Source: Nonlabens ponticola
Lineage (GTDB): Bacteria; Bacteroidota; Bacteroidia; Flavobacteriales; Flavobacteriaceae
Direction of reading: 5' to 3'
DNA: 32,000 nucleotides
Assembly (NCBI RefSeq): GCF_003966335.1
Contig: NZ_CP034549.1
Coordinates: 240,001-272,000 of the forward strand
Made by a program: the position numbers and the translations under genes. Below are positions 16,796-24,976 of the stretch, piece after piece (the stretch's first letter is position 1; each line of letters opens with the position of its first letter). The notes beneath the pieces are model-generated. The model saw only the letters and a list, made by a program, of their open reading frames with translations, was not told the DNA's origin and made no database searches.

Positions 16796-17536
16796 ATGAA
16801 AGTGAAAACAATTTTAGTTTCCCAGCCTGAACCTAAAATGGAAAATTCACCTTATCAAAGTCTCGTTGATCGGACTAAGGTGAAAATAGATTTCCGCTCT
16901 TTTATCCATGTAGAAGGCGTTCCTTCTAAGGAAGTGCGCGAGCAAAAAGTAGATCTTTCTAAGTTTAGTGCGATCATCCTTACCAGCCGTAATAGCGTTG
17001 ACCACTTCTTCCGTGTGGCAGAAGAAATGCGTTTCAAAATCCCAGATTCACTCAAGTACTTTTGTCAAAGTGAAGCCGTTGCCTATTATCTGCAGAAATA
17101 TGTAGTGTATAGAAAACGTAAAATTTATGTAGGTAAGAGAACTTTTGCAGAGCTTTTACCACTCATCAAGAAACACAAAAACGAGACATTCCTACTACCT
17201 AGCTCCGACAAGTTAAAGGATCAGGTACCAGAATTACTCGATGGCCTCACTATTAAGTGGAAGGCAGCTACATTTTTCAGAACGGTCATTAGCGACCTTT
17301 CTGACCTTGCAGATGTTAAGTACGATGTGTTAGTATTCTTTAGCCCTAGCGGTATTGAGAGTCTATTTCAAAACTTTCCAGAATTTACTCAGGATGAGAC
17401 TCGTATTGCCGTATTTGGTAACACAACAAGCCAAGCTGCTAAGGATAAAGGACTGCGCATTGATATACAAGCGCCTACTCCTAAGTCACCATCAATGACC
17501 ATGGCGATAGAGAATTATATTAAAGAATTGAGTTAA
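16796..17536 (+). CDS. hemD: uroporphyrinogen-III synthase-like protein
   Basis: 246-aa ORF. The N-terminus (ILVSQPEPK..SPY) and two-lobed repeat pattern are typical of Bacteroidetes HemD-family proteins. Confidence 0.65.
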   Translation: MKVKTILVSQPEPKMENSPYQSLVDRTKVKIDFRSFIHVEGVPSKEVREQKVDLSKFSAIILTSRNSVDHFFRVAEEMRFKIPDSLKYFCQSEAVAYYLQKYVVYRKRKIYVGKRTFAELLPLIKKHKNETFLLPSSDKLKDQVPELLDGLTIKWKAATFFRTVISDLSDLADVKYDVLVFFSPSGIESLFQNFPEFTQDETRIAVFGNTTSQAAKDKGLRIDIQAPTPKSPSMTMAIENYIKELS

Positions 17537-17554
17537 AAGGTTTGTCGTTGTTAC

Positions 17555-17568
17555 TCTTTCGCGAAAGC
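17555..17568. repeat. iterated palindrome copy 5, TCTTTCGCGAAAGC (perfect 12-mer core 17556-17567), intergenic
   Basis: Read directly from the sequence. It lies 18 nt after the hemD stop and 25 nt before the bidirectional terminator. The flanks TTAC...GTAA extend the symmetry. Confidence 0.9.
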
Positions 17569-17593
17569 GTAATCCTTCAAATTCACCAGAATA

Positions 17594-17623
17594 AAAAAGG
17601 TCTCTATCGCTAGAGACCTTTTT
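17594..17623. terminator. bidirectional rho-independent terminator between hemD and pckA
   Basis: AAAAAGGTCTCTA-TCGC-TAGAGACCTTTTT forms a perfect 13-bp stem with A/T runs on both sides. Confidence 0.75.
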
Positions 17624-17642
17624 CAGTTTATAATTGATTTTC

Positions 17643-19250
17643 TTATTTGAGTGGGCCGCCGTTGATGATTTCATCACTTGCCTGTGATTCAAATTTCTTG
17701 AAATTCTCACGGAAAAACGTTGTCAGCTTTGCCGCCGTCTCATAATAACCAGTATCATTATTCCACGATTTTCTTGGACTCAACACCTCGGTAGGTACAT
17801 TAGGACAAGTACGTGGTTGTGCCAGTCCAAACATTGAGTGTACATGGTAGTTATCCTTGTTAGCCGCTTCAAGGGAACCATCAAGCGCTGCAGCAATCAT
17901 CGCGCGAGTGTATTTAAGTTTCATACGGTGACCAACACCATATGGGCCGCCAGTCCAGCCTGTGTTTACTAACCATACTGTCACATCATTCTCCTTCATT
18001 TTCTCGCTCAACATCTCAGCATACTTAGTAGGATGCAGTGGCATAAATGGTGCTCCAAAACATGCTGAAAAACTAGGAACCGGCTCATTAACGCCAGCCT
18101 CGGTACCAGCGACCTTGGCTGTATAACCACTTATAAAATGGTAGGCGGCTTGACCTGGAGTTAATTTTGAAATAGGAGGCAATACACCAAAGGCATCTGC
18201 CGTCAAGAAAAATATATTCTTGGGATTCTTGCCTATACTAGGTTGTCTAATATTATCGATATGGTGAATCGGGTAACTGACTCTTGTGTTTTGAGTGATG
18301 CTGGTATCAGCAAAATCAACTTTACCATCATCTTTTAACTTGACGTTTTCTAATATCGCGCCTGGTTTGATGGCATTGAAAATTTCTGGCTCGTGCTCCT
18401 GGCTTAGATTAATAACCTTTGCATAACAACCTCCTTCAAAATTGAATACCTCGTTAGTTGAAGTCCAGCCGTGTTCATCATCACCTATCAATTCCCGATC
18501 AGGATCAGTTGATAGTGTTGTTTTACCGGTACCACTCAAACCAAAGAAGATAGCGGTGTTGCCGTCCTTACCAACGTTTGCACTGCAATGCATAGGCAAG
18601 GTATTTTTCTCAGTTGGTAAAATGAAATTGAGCGCGCTAAAAATTCCTTTCTTGATCTCGCCCGTGTAACCTGTACCACCTATTAGGGCAATCTTATCAG
18701 TAAAATTGAGAATGGCAAAATTATGCTGGCGAGTGCGATCCCTTACAGGATCTGCCATGAAACCTGGTGCATTGATAACCGTCCACTCTGGAGAGAAGTT
18801 CTCTAATTGTTGATCGTCTGGTCTTAAAAACATATTATAAGCAAACATGTTTGACCATGGATACTCATTAATAACTCTCAAATTGAGCTTGTAATCCTCG
18901 TGCGCACATGCATAAGCATCACGAACAAATATTTCCTTGCCATCGAGGTATTCAATCACTCGTTTATGAAGATTGTCAAAGTCTTTCTTGTTAAAAGGCA
19001 AGTTGATATTTCCCCACCAAATATGATCTTGAGTAAGGTTATCCTTGACAATGAATCGATCCATAGGTGATCGACCTGTAAACTCTCCAGTATTAACCGC
19101 GAGCGTGCCATTGGCAGTTTCTTTACCGTTGTAGGAATCTACGGTAATTTGCTGCAACGCATCAGGTGATAATTGATAATTAATTTTTGATTTAGTAATC
19201 CCGTATTTTTCCAACGAAATCGATTGCGTACTTAAGGCGTGTGAACCCAT
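17643..19250 (-). CDS. pckA: phosphoenolpyruvate carboxykinase (ATP)
   Basis: 535-aa ORF with kinase-1a GLSGTGKTTLS, plus GGTGYTGEIKKG and LIGDDEHGW motifs. Confidence 0.95.
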   Translation of the reverse strand: MGSHALSTQSISLEKYGITKSKINYQLSPDALQQITVDSYNGKETANGTLAVNTGEFTGRSPMDRFIVKDNLTQDHIWWGNINLPFNKKDFDNLHKRVIEYLDGKEIFVRDAYACAHEDYKLNLRVINEYPWSNMFAYNMFLRPDDQQLENFSPEWTVINAPGFMADPVRDRTRQHNFAILNFTDKIALIGGTGYTGEIKKGIFSALNFILPTEKNTLPMHCSANVGKDGNTAIFFGLSGTGKTTLSTDPDRELIGDDEHGWTSTNEVFNFEGGCYAKVINLSQEHEPEIFNAIKPGAILENVKLKDDGKVDFADTSITQNTRVSYPIHHIDNIRQPSIGKNPKNIFFLTADAFGVLPPISKLTPGQAAYHFISGYTAKVAGTEAGVNEPVPSFSACFGAPFMPLHPTKYAEMLSEKMKENDVTVWLVNTGWTGGPYGVGHRMKLKYTRAMIAAALDGSLEAANKDNYHVHSMFGLAQPRTCPNVPTEVLSPRKSWNNDTGYYETAAKLTTFFRENFKKFESQASDEIINGGPLK

Positions 19251-19278
19251 AATTATTTAATAATTCAAGTTGTGACTG

Positions 19279-19286
19279 CAAAAATA
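19279..19286 (-). promoter_or_regulatory. candidate -7 promoter box TATTTTTG for pckA
   Basis: The reverse complement of CAAAAATA matches TAnnTTTG, 28 nt upstream of the pckA ATG. Confidence 0.35.
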
Positions 19287-19303
19287 GAAATCTTAAATGG
19301 CCT

Positions 19304-19699
19304 CTAGGTATTATTAACGCCTTTATGTGAAATTAATTTGAACAAAAGGTAAATCCAGCCCGATATCAGCAATAGCCCACCAATCGGCGTTATTGGCCCT
19401 AAAAATTCTACCGATATTTCATGAATAGGTCGGGTCGCCAGCAAATAAATACTCAATGAAAACAGTAAACTTCCAATGGTAAAAAGATATAACACGACTT
19501 GTTTTTGTGAGTTTTTGATCAAACTTATCTGGCTTATTATCAACAACGCTAACCCATGATAGATTTGATACCTCACGCCCGTTTCAAAACTATCCAATTG
19601 ATCAATTGAGAGATAATTCTCTAAAGCGTGAGCACCCAGCGCTCCTAAAATAACTCCTGTCACCATAAACAGAACTCCTACTATCAATAACTTTTTCAT
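19304..19699 (-). CDS. DUF423 (YgdD/TMEM256-like) membrane protein
   Basis: 131-aa ORF with four helices. The GALGAHAL motif is typical of DUF423. Confidence 0.7.
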   Translation of the reverse strand: MKKLLIVGVLFMVTGVILGALGAHALENYLSIDQLDSFETGVRYQIYHGLALLIISQISLIKNSQKQVVLYLFTIGSLLFSLSIYLLATRPIHEISVEFLGPITPIGGLLLISGWIYLLFKLISHKGVNNT

Positions 19700-19739
19700 A
19701 TTTATAAGGTTTCCTGTACGCGAGAATTATAAATTGAGA

Positions 19740-19747
19740 CAAAAATA
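19740..19747 (-). promoter_or_regulatory. candidate -7 promoter box TATTTTTG for the DUF423 gene
   Basis: The reverse complement of CAAAAATA matches TAnnTTTG, 40 nt upstream of ATG 19699. Confidence 0.3.
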
Positions 19748-19755
19748 AAGACTGC

Positions 19756-21120
19756 ATGCGACACATTTTGATAATAGGTGCTGGAAAATCAACAGGAGTA
19801 CTGGTAGATTATTTGGTTAGCAAATCGGTTGAGTATGATCTACATCTTACCATTGCTGATAAACAACTGTCCAGCGCACAAAACCTAGCAGGAAACAACG
19901 AGCGCACCACAGCCATTGAACTTGACATCTTCAAACCAGAACCGCGTCGCAGGCAGGTAAAAGAAGCAGATATAGTTATATCAATGCTACCAGCTCGATA
20001 CCATATAGAGGTTGCCCGTGATTGTATTGAGTTTGAAAAAAACATGGTGACTGCTAGCTATGTAAGTAAAGAGATGCAAGAACTGGATCAACAGGCACGA
20101 GATAACAATCTCATATTTATGAATGAGATAGGTGTTGATCCAGGCATTGATCACATGAGCGCCATGCAAGTCATTGATCGCATTAGGGATCAAGGTGGTC
20201 GCATGCTATTGTTTGAATCTTTCACTGGTGGATTAGTCGCACCACAGGATGACAATAATTTGTGGAATTACAAATTCACGTGGAATCCACGCAACGTCGT
20301 GACTGCTGGTCAAGGTGGTGCGGCAAAGTTTATTCAAGAAGGTAAGTACAAGTACATACCTTATCACAGGCTATTCCGTCGTACGGAGTTTCTTGATGTT
20401 GAAGGTTATGGTAGGTTTGAGGCCTATGCTAATAGGAACAGTCTCAAATACCGTGAAGTCTACGGCCTAGAAGATATTGAGACCCTTTATCGCGGTACCA
20501 TGCGTCGAGTAGGTTACAGCAAGGCTTGGAATATGTTTGTGCAGCTAGGAATGACTGATGACACATACACGATGGATGGATCAGACCAGATGAGCTACAG
20601 GGATTTCATCAATAGCTTTTTACCGTACTCGCCTACTGACAGTGTGGAGCTGAAGCTAAGGCATGAATTGCGTATCGATCAGGATGATATCATGTGGGAA
20701 AAATTACTTGAACTAGATATTTTTAATCCTAATAAAATCGTTGGTATTACAGATGCGACACCAGCTCAAATACTTCAAAAAATTCTAGAAGATAAATGGA
20801 CGCTTCAGTCAAGAGAAAAAGACATGATCGTGATGTATCACAAGTTTGGTTATGAGATTAACGGACAAACACATCAAATAGACAGTACCATGGTTTGCAA
20901 AGGTGATGGTAATCGACAAACGGCAATGGCAAAAACAGTAGGCCTACCGGTAGCTATAGCAGCTCTTAGAATTCTTAACGGCGAGATTAAAGAATACGGT
21001 GTACAAATACCTATAAAATCAAGTATCTATAAACCTATTCTTGAAGAACTAGAAGAATATGGGATACGCTTCCGCGAAAGCGAAACTAAATATCTAGGCT
21101 ACAACGATCTCAATCTTTAA
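19756..21120 (+). CDS. saccharopine dehydrogenase family oxidoreductase
   Basis: 454-aa ORF with an N-terminal Rossmann motif IIGAGKSTG. The motifs NEIGVDPGIDHM and FTWNPRNVV are typical of saccharopine dehydrogenase/reductase. Confidence 0.85.
   Translation: MRHILIIGAGKSTGVLVDYLVSKSVEYDLHLTIADKQLSSAQNLAGNNERTTAIELDIFKPEPRRRQVKEADIVISMLPARYHIEVARDCIEFEKNMVTASYVSKEMQELDQQARDNNLIFMNEIGVDPGIDHMSAMQVIDRIRDQGGRMLLFESFTGGLVAPQDDNNLWNYKFTWNPRNVVTAGQGGAAKFIQEGKYKYIPYHRLFRRTEFLDVEGYGRFEAYANRNSLKYREVYGLEDIETLYRGTMRRVGYSKAWNMFVQLGMTDDTYTMDGSDQMSYRDFINSFLPYSPTDSVELKLRHELRIDQDDIMWEKLLELDIFNPNKIVGITDATPAQILQKILEDKWTLQSREKDMIVMYHKFGYEINGQTHQIDSTMVCKGDGNRQTAMAKTVGLPVAIAALRILNGEIKEYGVQIPIKSSIYKPILEELEEYGIRFRESETKYLGYNDLNL
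21068..21081. repeat. iterated palindrome copy 6, GCTTCCGCGAAAGC (one mismatch at 21072), inside the saccharopine dehydrogenase gene
   Basis: Read directly from the sequence. In the gene frame it is read CGC TTC CGC GAA AGC = RFRES, 36 nt before the stop codon. Confidence 0.8.
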
Positions 21121-21806
21121 CGACGACGCATGTACATCGAGATGAAGTACAGCAAGGTTGCCAATGATCCTATGGCAGCAACCAGATACGTGCGTGCTGC
21201 CCATTTAAGAGCATCTGCGGCGCCATCATGTTCTTGTTGTGTAAGCATATTCTCGTTTTCCAGCCATGCTAGTGCTCGATTACTCGCATCGTACTCTACT
21301 GGCAAGGTGATAAACGCAAACAGCGTTCCTGTACCGTACATAATGATTCCTAGTAAAAACAGATAATCACCCATGGCGCTTGTCGCTGCAAGCGCAATAC
21401 CACCTATGAGAACCCATTGGGAATATTTGGAAGCGATACTTACCACAGGTACCAATTTTGAACGCATACCCAACCATGAATATGCAGTTGCATGTTGTAC
21501 CGCATGTCCTACCTCGTGAGCAGCTACGGCCGCTGCGGCCGCATTTTGCATGCTGTAAACTGGCTCACTTAAATTGACGGTCTTTTTGGCTGGATTGTAG
21601 TGATCTGTTAATTGTCCTTTAACTGATATCACATCGACATCCGTTATGCCATGGTCATCTAGCATTTTTTGGGCAATTTGAGCACCGGTAAGCCCATTTT
21701 GCAAATGGATTTTAGAGTACTTCTTAAATTTTGACTTGAGCTTATTGCTTACAAAGGCACTGATTAAAAAAACTAATCCGCCTATTATGTAGTAACCTAT
21801 TAACAT
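21117..21806 (-). CDS. membrane-anchored zinc metallopeptidase (YugP / Zn_peptidase_2-like)
   Basis: 229-aa ORF with an HEVGHAVQH zinc motif, an N-terminal TM helix and C-terminal hydrophobic helices. Confidence 0.8.
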   Translation of the reverse strand: MLIGYYIIGGLVFLISAFVSNKLKSKFKKYSKIHLQNGLTGAQIAQKMLDDHGITDVDVISVKGQLTDHYNPAKKTVNLSEPVYSMQNAAAAAVAAHEVGHAVQHATAYSWLGMRSKLVPVVSIASKYSQWVLIGGIALAATSAMGDYLFLLGIIMYGTGTLFAFITLPVEYDASNRALAWLENENMLTQQEHDGAADALKWAARTYLVAAIGSLATLLYFISMYMRRR

Positions 21807-21865
21807 GTAGCTTGAATGAATTTAAAATTAATCAATTCTCAACTCATGCAGATTTAATAGAATGC

Positions 21866-21873
21866 CAAAACTA
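21866..21873 (-). promoter_or_regulatory. candidate -7 promoter box TAGTTTTG for the Zn peptidase gene
   Basis: The reverse complement of CAAAACTA matches TAnnTTTG, 59 nt upstream of ATG 21806. Confidence 0.25.
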
Positions 21874-21884
21874 CCAACCTTCTT

Positions 21885-23981
21885 TTATCGATCAAAGCTC
21901 CAGTTCATGATATCAGTCCTTAGACCAATGTTGAACCACGTAGTAGTTGCCTGCTGCACCTGTGCATTGTCCACTTGCGGATTCATATCACGATAAATAA
22001 ATTGACCATAGATTTTGAGGTTGCTCGCTGGATTTATCAAATAACCAGCCTCTAGCCTACCGTACATGATTGAAGCTGTATTTCCTTGTGCTAGCTCATT
22101 ACCATCGTCGGCGATTCTATCATCTTCGGTACGGTAGATATTACCACCGTAATAAGCATTATCGCCGCCTTGTAAAAAATCATAGCCGCGCTCACCATAT
22201 ATAAATTGACCGATGCCATACCAGCGATCTAGTGTGTATCGACCTATGAGCATCGCTTCATAAAAATTAGCACCCCAAGGATGTGCTAGTGCTTGATTGG
22301 TATTACCATAATTAAGCACAATGGTATTGTGGCTATAGGTATATGGACGCACTCGATTATATTCTGCCTGCAGGAATAGGTTGGGAATATTAAAGGCATT
22401 TTGATATTTTACACCTAGCTGGTAACCACTCTTATTCTGGTAGCTACCTTCACCACGTATTACAGATCCTGTGGCGAGCTCGTCTAGTACCAGTTGACCA
22501 TAACCTGTTACCCAATCACTGAATTTATATTTGGCAGTAGCGCCAATAAGTGCATTACCGCCACGAGATCCTGTCTCAAGTTCTACCGTTTGATAAAAAA
22601 TAACTGGATTAAGGTAGTTAAAGTCAAAGCCGCGACCGTTGTCGTCCTGCCACAAGACACTCTCAAAAACGCCCAGGGTCAATCTTTTGGTCGCGTTCCA
22701 GCTCAAGTAATGGTGCGTCATATACTTTGTTCTAAAGCTATCGTCTGCGGTGACTTCTGGTCGTACATCGCGCAAGGAAGTGTAAAGCACCGTGTAATCA
22801 ATTTTCCAGAACTTGGCATTTACTTTAAAATACGGGAACGGTTGTGAGTTATCACTTAGCACCAATGATCTGTATCCATCGCCTATAAAATGTTGTCCAT
22901 GACCCAATTGTAGATTAAAATATTTACTGGGTTTGTAGTTTATATAACCGGTGGCAACTGGGTAGTCATAAATGTTCTCACCGCCATCTTCTGCAATGCC
23001 GCGACCTGGCACTACGCCTGGATTACCACCATCGGGCGCCCTGCGAGTGATTTCTCTATTAAAGTACTGTGCAAATCGCCCTTGAGACTCTTGGATGGTA
23101 GCTCCAAAAGTTAGCTGTGAGCCCACGCCACCATTTAAATATACCAATCGAGTATTATTGAAGGTAGTCACGCCTTCACCACCGTCACGACCCAATTGCA
23201 AATCGACACCAGGATCTAGAACAAACCAATAATCCTTGCCGGCTACTTCAAAAAAATGCTCATTCCATAGCTTTTTTCCTAGCCAGCTATCTGACTCTTT
23301 GAGTAGGCTCTCACGCTCTGACTCAAGGTCAAAGTAATCGCTTACATATTCAAATGTATAAGGTTTCACCGCTGTGTGAGCATTGTTTCCCACCTTGTTC
23401 ATCGCTGCTTCATATCGATGGTATCTTTGGTAGGACATCGGGATCAACGCGTTAGAACGCAATTCTTGACCGTCATATTGATCTGATTGTATAGAGGTGT
23501 ATTCATTGTTAGCTTTCGCGAAAGCTAACTCATCACCATCATCCTGCACTCTAGTAATTTTATCATTATCCTCTATCCTGCTGAACGAGCCCGCAGCCGT
23601 CATAGGAACCTGCATGTTGACGGCAAATTGCATATAAGTGGGCTCACCGTTGTAGCTGGGTGGCGTGATAGCCGGTAAATTACCCATGGCATTTTCCAGC
23701 GCCGTCTTAACCTGTGCGTCGCGTGCGTCGATCAAAATAACATCAAAATCACCCTCACGATTCACCTCAAATCGTACGCTAGCATTTTGTTGACCCACAA
23801 CATTATTGGGATGCTGGTAGGCTTTTGATAAGGTTTGATAGAATTGCTTGTAGAAACAGTCTTCTAAAGATTCTCCAGTACGATTCTCGCAATCAGGAAA
23901 TATCGGGTAGCTCTCAATGGTTGATTGTGCATAGGTCGTTGTCGCGATGAACATGCAAAACACTAAAGCCTTAAAATTCAT
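21885..23981 (-). CDS. predicted outer-membrane protein with N-terminal TonB-C-like Cys-pair domain (RemB-like)
   Basis: 698-aa ORF with signal peptide MNFKALVFCMFIATTTYAQS. Residues ~20-130 share the YPxFPxC...C...F.V pattern of the two neighbouring TonB-like C-termini. The remainder is rich in alternating aromatic/Gly beta-strand-like segments. As far as I recall, F. johnsoniae remB (Fjoh_1657) lies four genes from sprA (Fjoh_1653), which fits this position. Confidence 0.55.
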   Translation of the reverse strand: MNFKALVFCMFIATTTYAQSTIESYPIFPDCENRTGESLEDCFYKQFYQTLSKAYQHPNNVVGQQNASVRFEVNREGDFDVILIDARDAQVKTALENAMGNLPAITPPSYNGEPTYMQFAVNMQVPMTAAGSFSRIEDNDKITRVQDDGDELAFAKANNEYTSIQSDQYDGQELRSNALIPMSYQRYHRYEAAMNKVGNNAHTAVKPYTFEYVSDYFDLESERESLLKESDSWLGKKLWNEHFFEVAGKDYWFVLDPGVDLQLGRDGGEGVTTFNNTRLVYLNGGVGSQLTFGATIQESQGRFAQYFNREITRRAPDGGNPGVVPGRGIAEDGGENIYDYPVATGYINYKPSKYFNLQLGHGQHFIGDGYRSLVLSDNSQPFPYFKVNAKFWKIDYTVLYTSLRDVRPEVTADDSFRTKYMTHHYLSWNATKRLTLGVFESVLWQDDNGRGFDFNYLNPVIFYQTVELETGSRGGNALIGATAKYKFSDWVTGYGQLVLDELATGSVIRGEGSYQNKSGYQLGVKYQNAFNIPNLFLQAEYNRVRPYTYSHNTIVLNYGNTNQALAHPWGANFYEAMLIGRYTLDRWYGIGQFIYGERGYDFLQGGDNAYYGGNIYRTEDDRIADDGNELAQGNTASIMYGRLEAGYLINPASNLKIYGQFIYRDMNPQVDNAQVQQATTTWFNIGLRTDIMNWSFDR
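23508..23529. repeat. iterated palindrome copy 7, extended to a perfect 22-bp palindrome GTTAGCTTTCGCGAAAGCTAAC, inside the RemB-like gene
   Basis: Read directly from the sequence; the 14-mer core is at 23512-23525. On the coding (-) strand it is read TTA GCT TTC GCG AAA GCT AAC = LAFAKAN. Confidence 0.95.
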
Positions 23982-24032
23982 GGGTGCTTCTTTGAAAGCC
24001 CTAAATATACTTGAATTAGCCTGTAAATGATG

Positions 24033-24057
24033 ATGCCCGTGAGATTATCACGGGCAT
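24033..24057 (-). terminator. hairpin downstream of the second TonB-like gene (possible terminator)
   Basis: ATGCCCGTGA-GATTA-TCACGGGCAT forms a perfect 10-bp stem, 5 nt after the stop at 24062. The downstream T-tract is weak (CATCATTTAC on the - strand). Confidence 0.45.
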
Positions 24058-24061
24058 TCAT

Positions 24062-24874
24062 TTATCGTATCTGGAATTTTATAGGTAGCACGTACCGCAC
24101 GTCAATGGGGACGCCGTCTAGTTTGCCAGGAACCATCTGCGGCAATTGCTCAATGAGTTTACGAGCCTCTGCTTCTAGTTTTTTACTGGGCGCCTTGATT
24201 TGTAAGTCTTTGGGCAACCCATCAACTCCTATGGTAAACAATACGGTAATATTAATGGTTTGATCACCACTCGCACCTTGTGCGAGTCCAGTATCGAAAC
24301 GTTTCTGGATGTATCGCGCCATCTTTTTATTGAGACAATCGATGCGATCGTTGCGGTCTAGTCTTGAGCTGCAACCAGGATAAAGCGGCACCTCACTAAC
24401 AGCTACCATAGGTCTTGCTGCGTTGCTTGTAGGCTGTTTGTTATCACTTTCACCGGGCGATTCAGTTGGAGTATCATTCTTTGGCTCTGGTGTTGGCTCG
24501 CTAGACGTTGGTTCATCGATAACCGGCTCATCATCTGGAACTACCTCTGGTGGCGCTTCCTTGGTTACCGGCTTTTCTACCGTTGGCTTTTTGGTAACCT
24601 TGGCGACTACTTTTTGTTTAGGTGGCTCGTTAGGAATCATTTCAAATTCACCCAAAGCGTCCGGTTCAGGAATGATGCTGGCCTGACTAGGTCGATACTT
24701 AGATTCCCGTATTGGCGAGCTTAGTTCTACCACGAGATAGGCACAAAGTAATGCCGCGATAAGCCCTAATTGAAAATTGATAATTGGATTTGTTCGGGTA
24801 CGGATGGCGTCCTTGCCATCTCGATCCCTAGAAGTAGATGTTGCAGCATCTACCTTTAAGTTGAGATTACTCAT
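24062..24874 (-). CDS. TonB-family protein (N-terminal TM anchor, Pro/Glu/Lys-rich linker, Cys-pair TonB-C-like domain)
   Basis: The start is placed at ATG 24874 (MSNLNLK...). TM helix INFQLGLIAALLCAYLVVEL, linker KPTVEKPVTKEAPPEVVPDDEP..., C-domain VPLYPGCSS...DCLNKKMARYIQKRFD...VPGKLDGVPIDVRYVLPIKF. Confidence 0.72.
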   Translation of the reverse strand: MSNLNLKVDAATSTSRDRDGKDAIRTRTNPIINFQLGLIAALLCAYLVVELSSPIRESKYRPSQASIIPEPDALGEFEMIPNEPPKQKVVAKVTKKPTVEKPVTKEAPPEVVPDDEPVIDEPTSSEPTPEPKNDTPTESPGESDNKQPTSNAARPMVAVSEVPLYPGCSSRLDRNDRIDCLNKKMARYIQKRFDTGLAQGASGDQTINITVLFTIGVDGLPKDLQIKAPSKKLEAEARKLIEQLPQMVPGKLDGVPIDVRYVLPIKFQIR

Positions 24875-24908
24875 AACTAATGGTTTTAAGATTATTAAAA
24901 CCAAGTCA

Positions 24909-24916
24909 CAAAGATA
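24909..24916 (-). promoter_or_regulatory. candidate -7 promoter box TATCTTTG for the second TonB-like gene
   Basis: The reverse complement of CAAAGATA matches TAnnTTTG, 34 nt upstream of ATG 24874. It lies upstream of, and is hard to reconcile with, the TTG 24904 start used in the track. Confidence 0.35.
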
Positions 24917-24923
24917 ATACCAT

Positions 24924-24954
24924 AAAAAAATCCTGATCTTTCAATCAGGATTTT
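24924..24954 (-). terminator. rho-independent terminator after the first TonB-like gene
   Basis: AAAATCCTGAT-CTTTCA-ATCAGGATTTT forms a perfect 11-bp stem. On the - strand it is followed by a run of T (7 A at 24924-24930 on the + strand). Confidence 0.7.
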
Positions 24955-24976
24955 AAAATATTGCGAAAACTATAAT

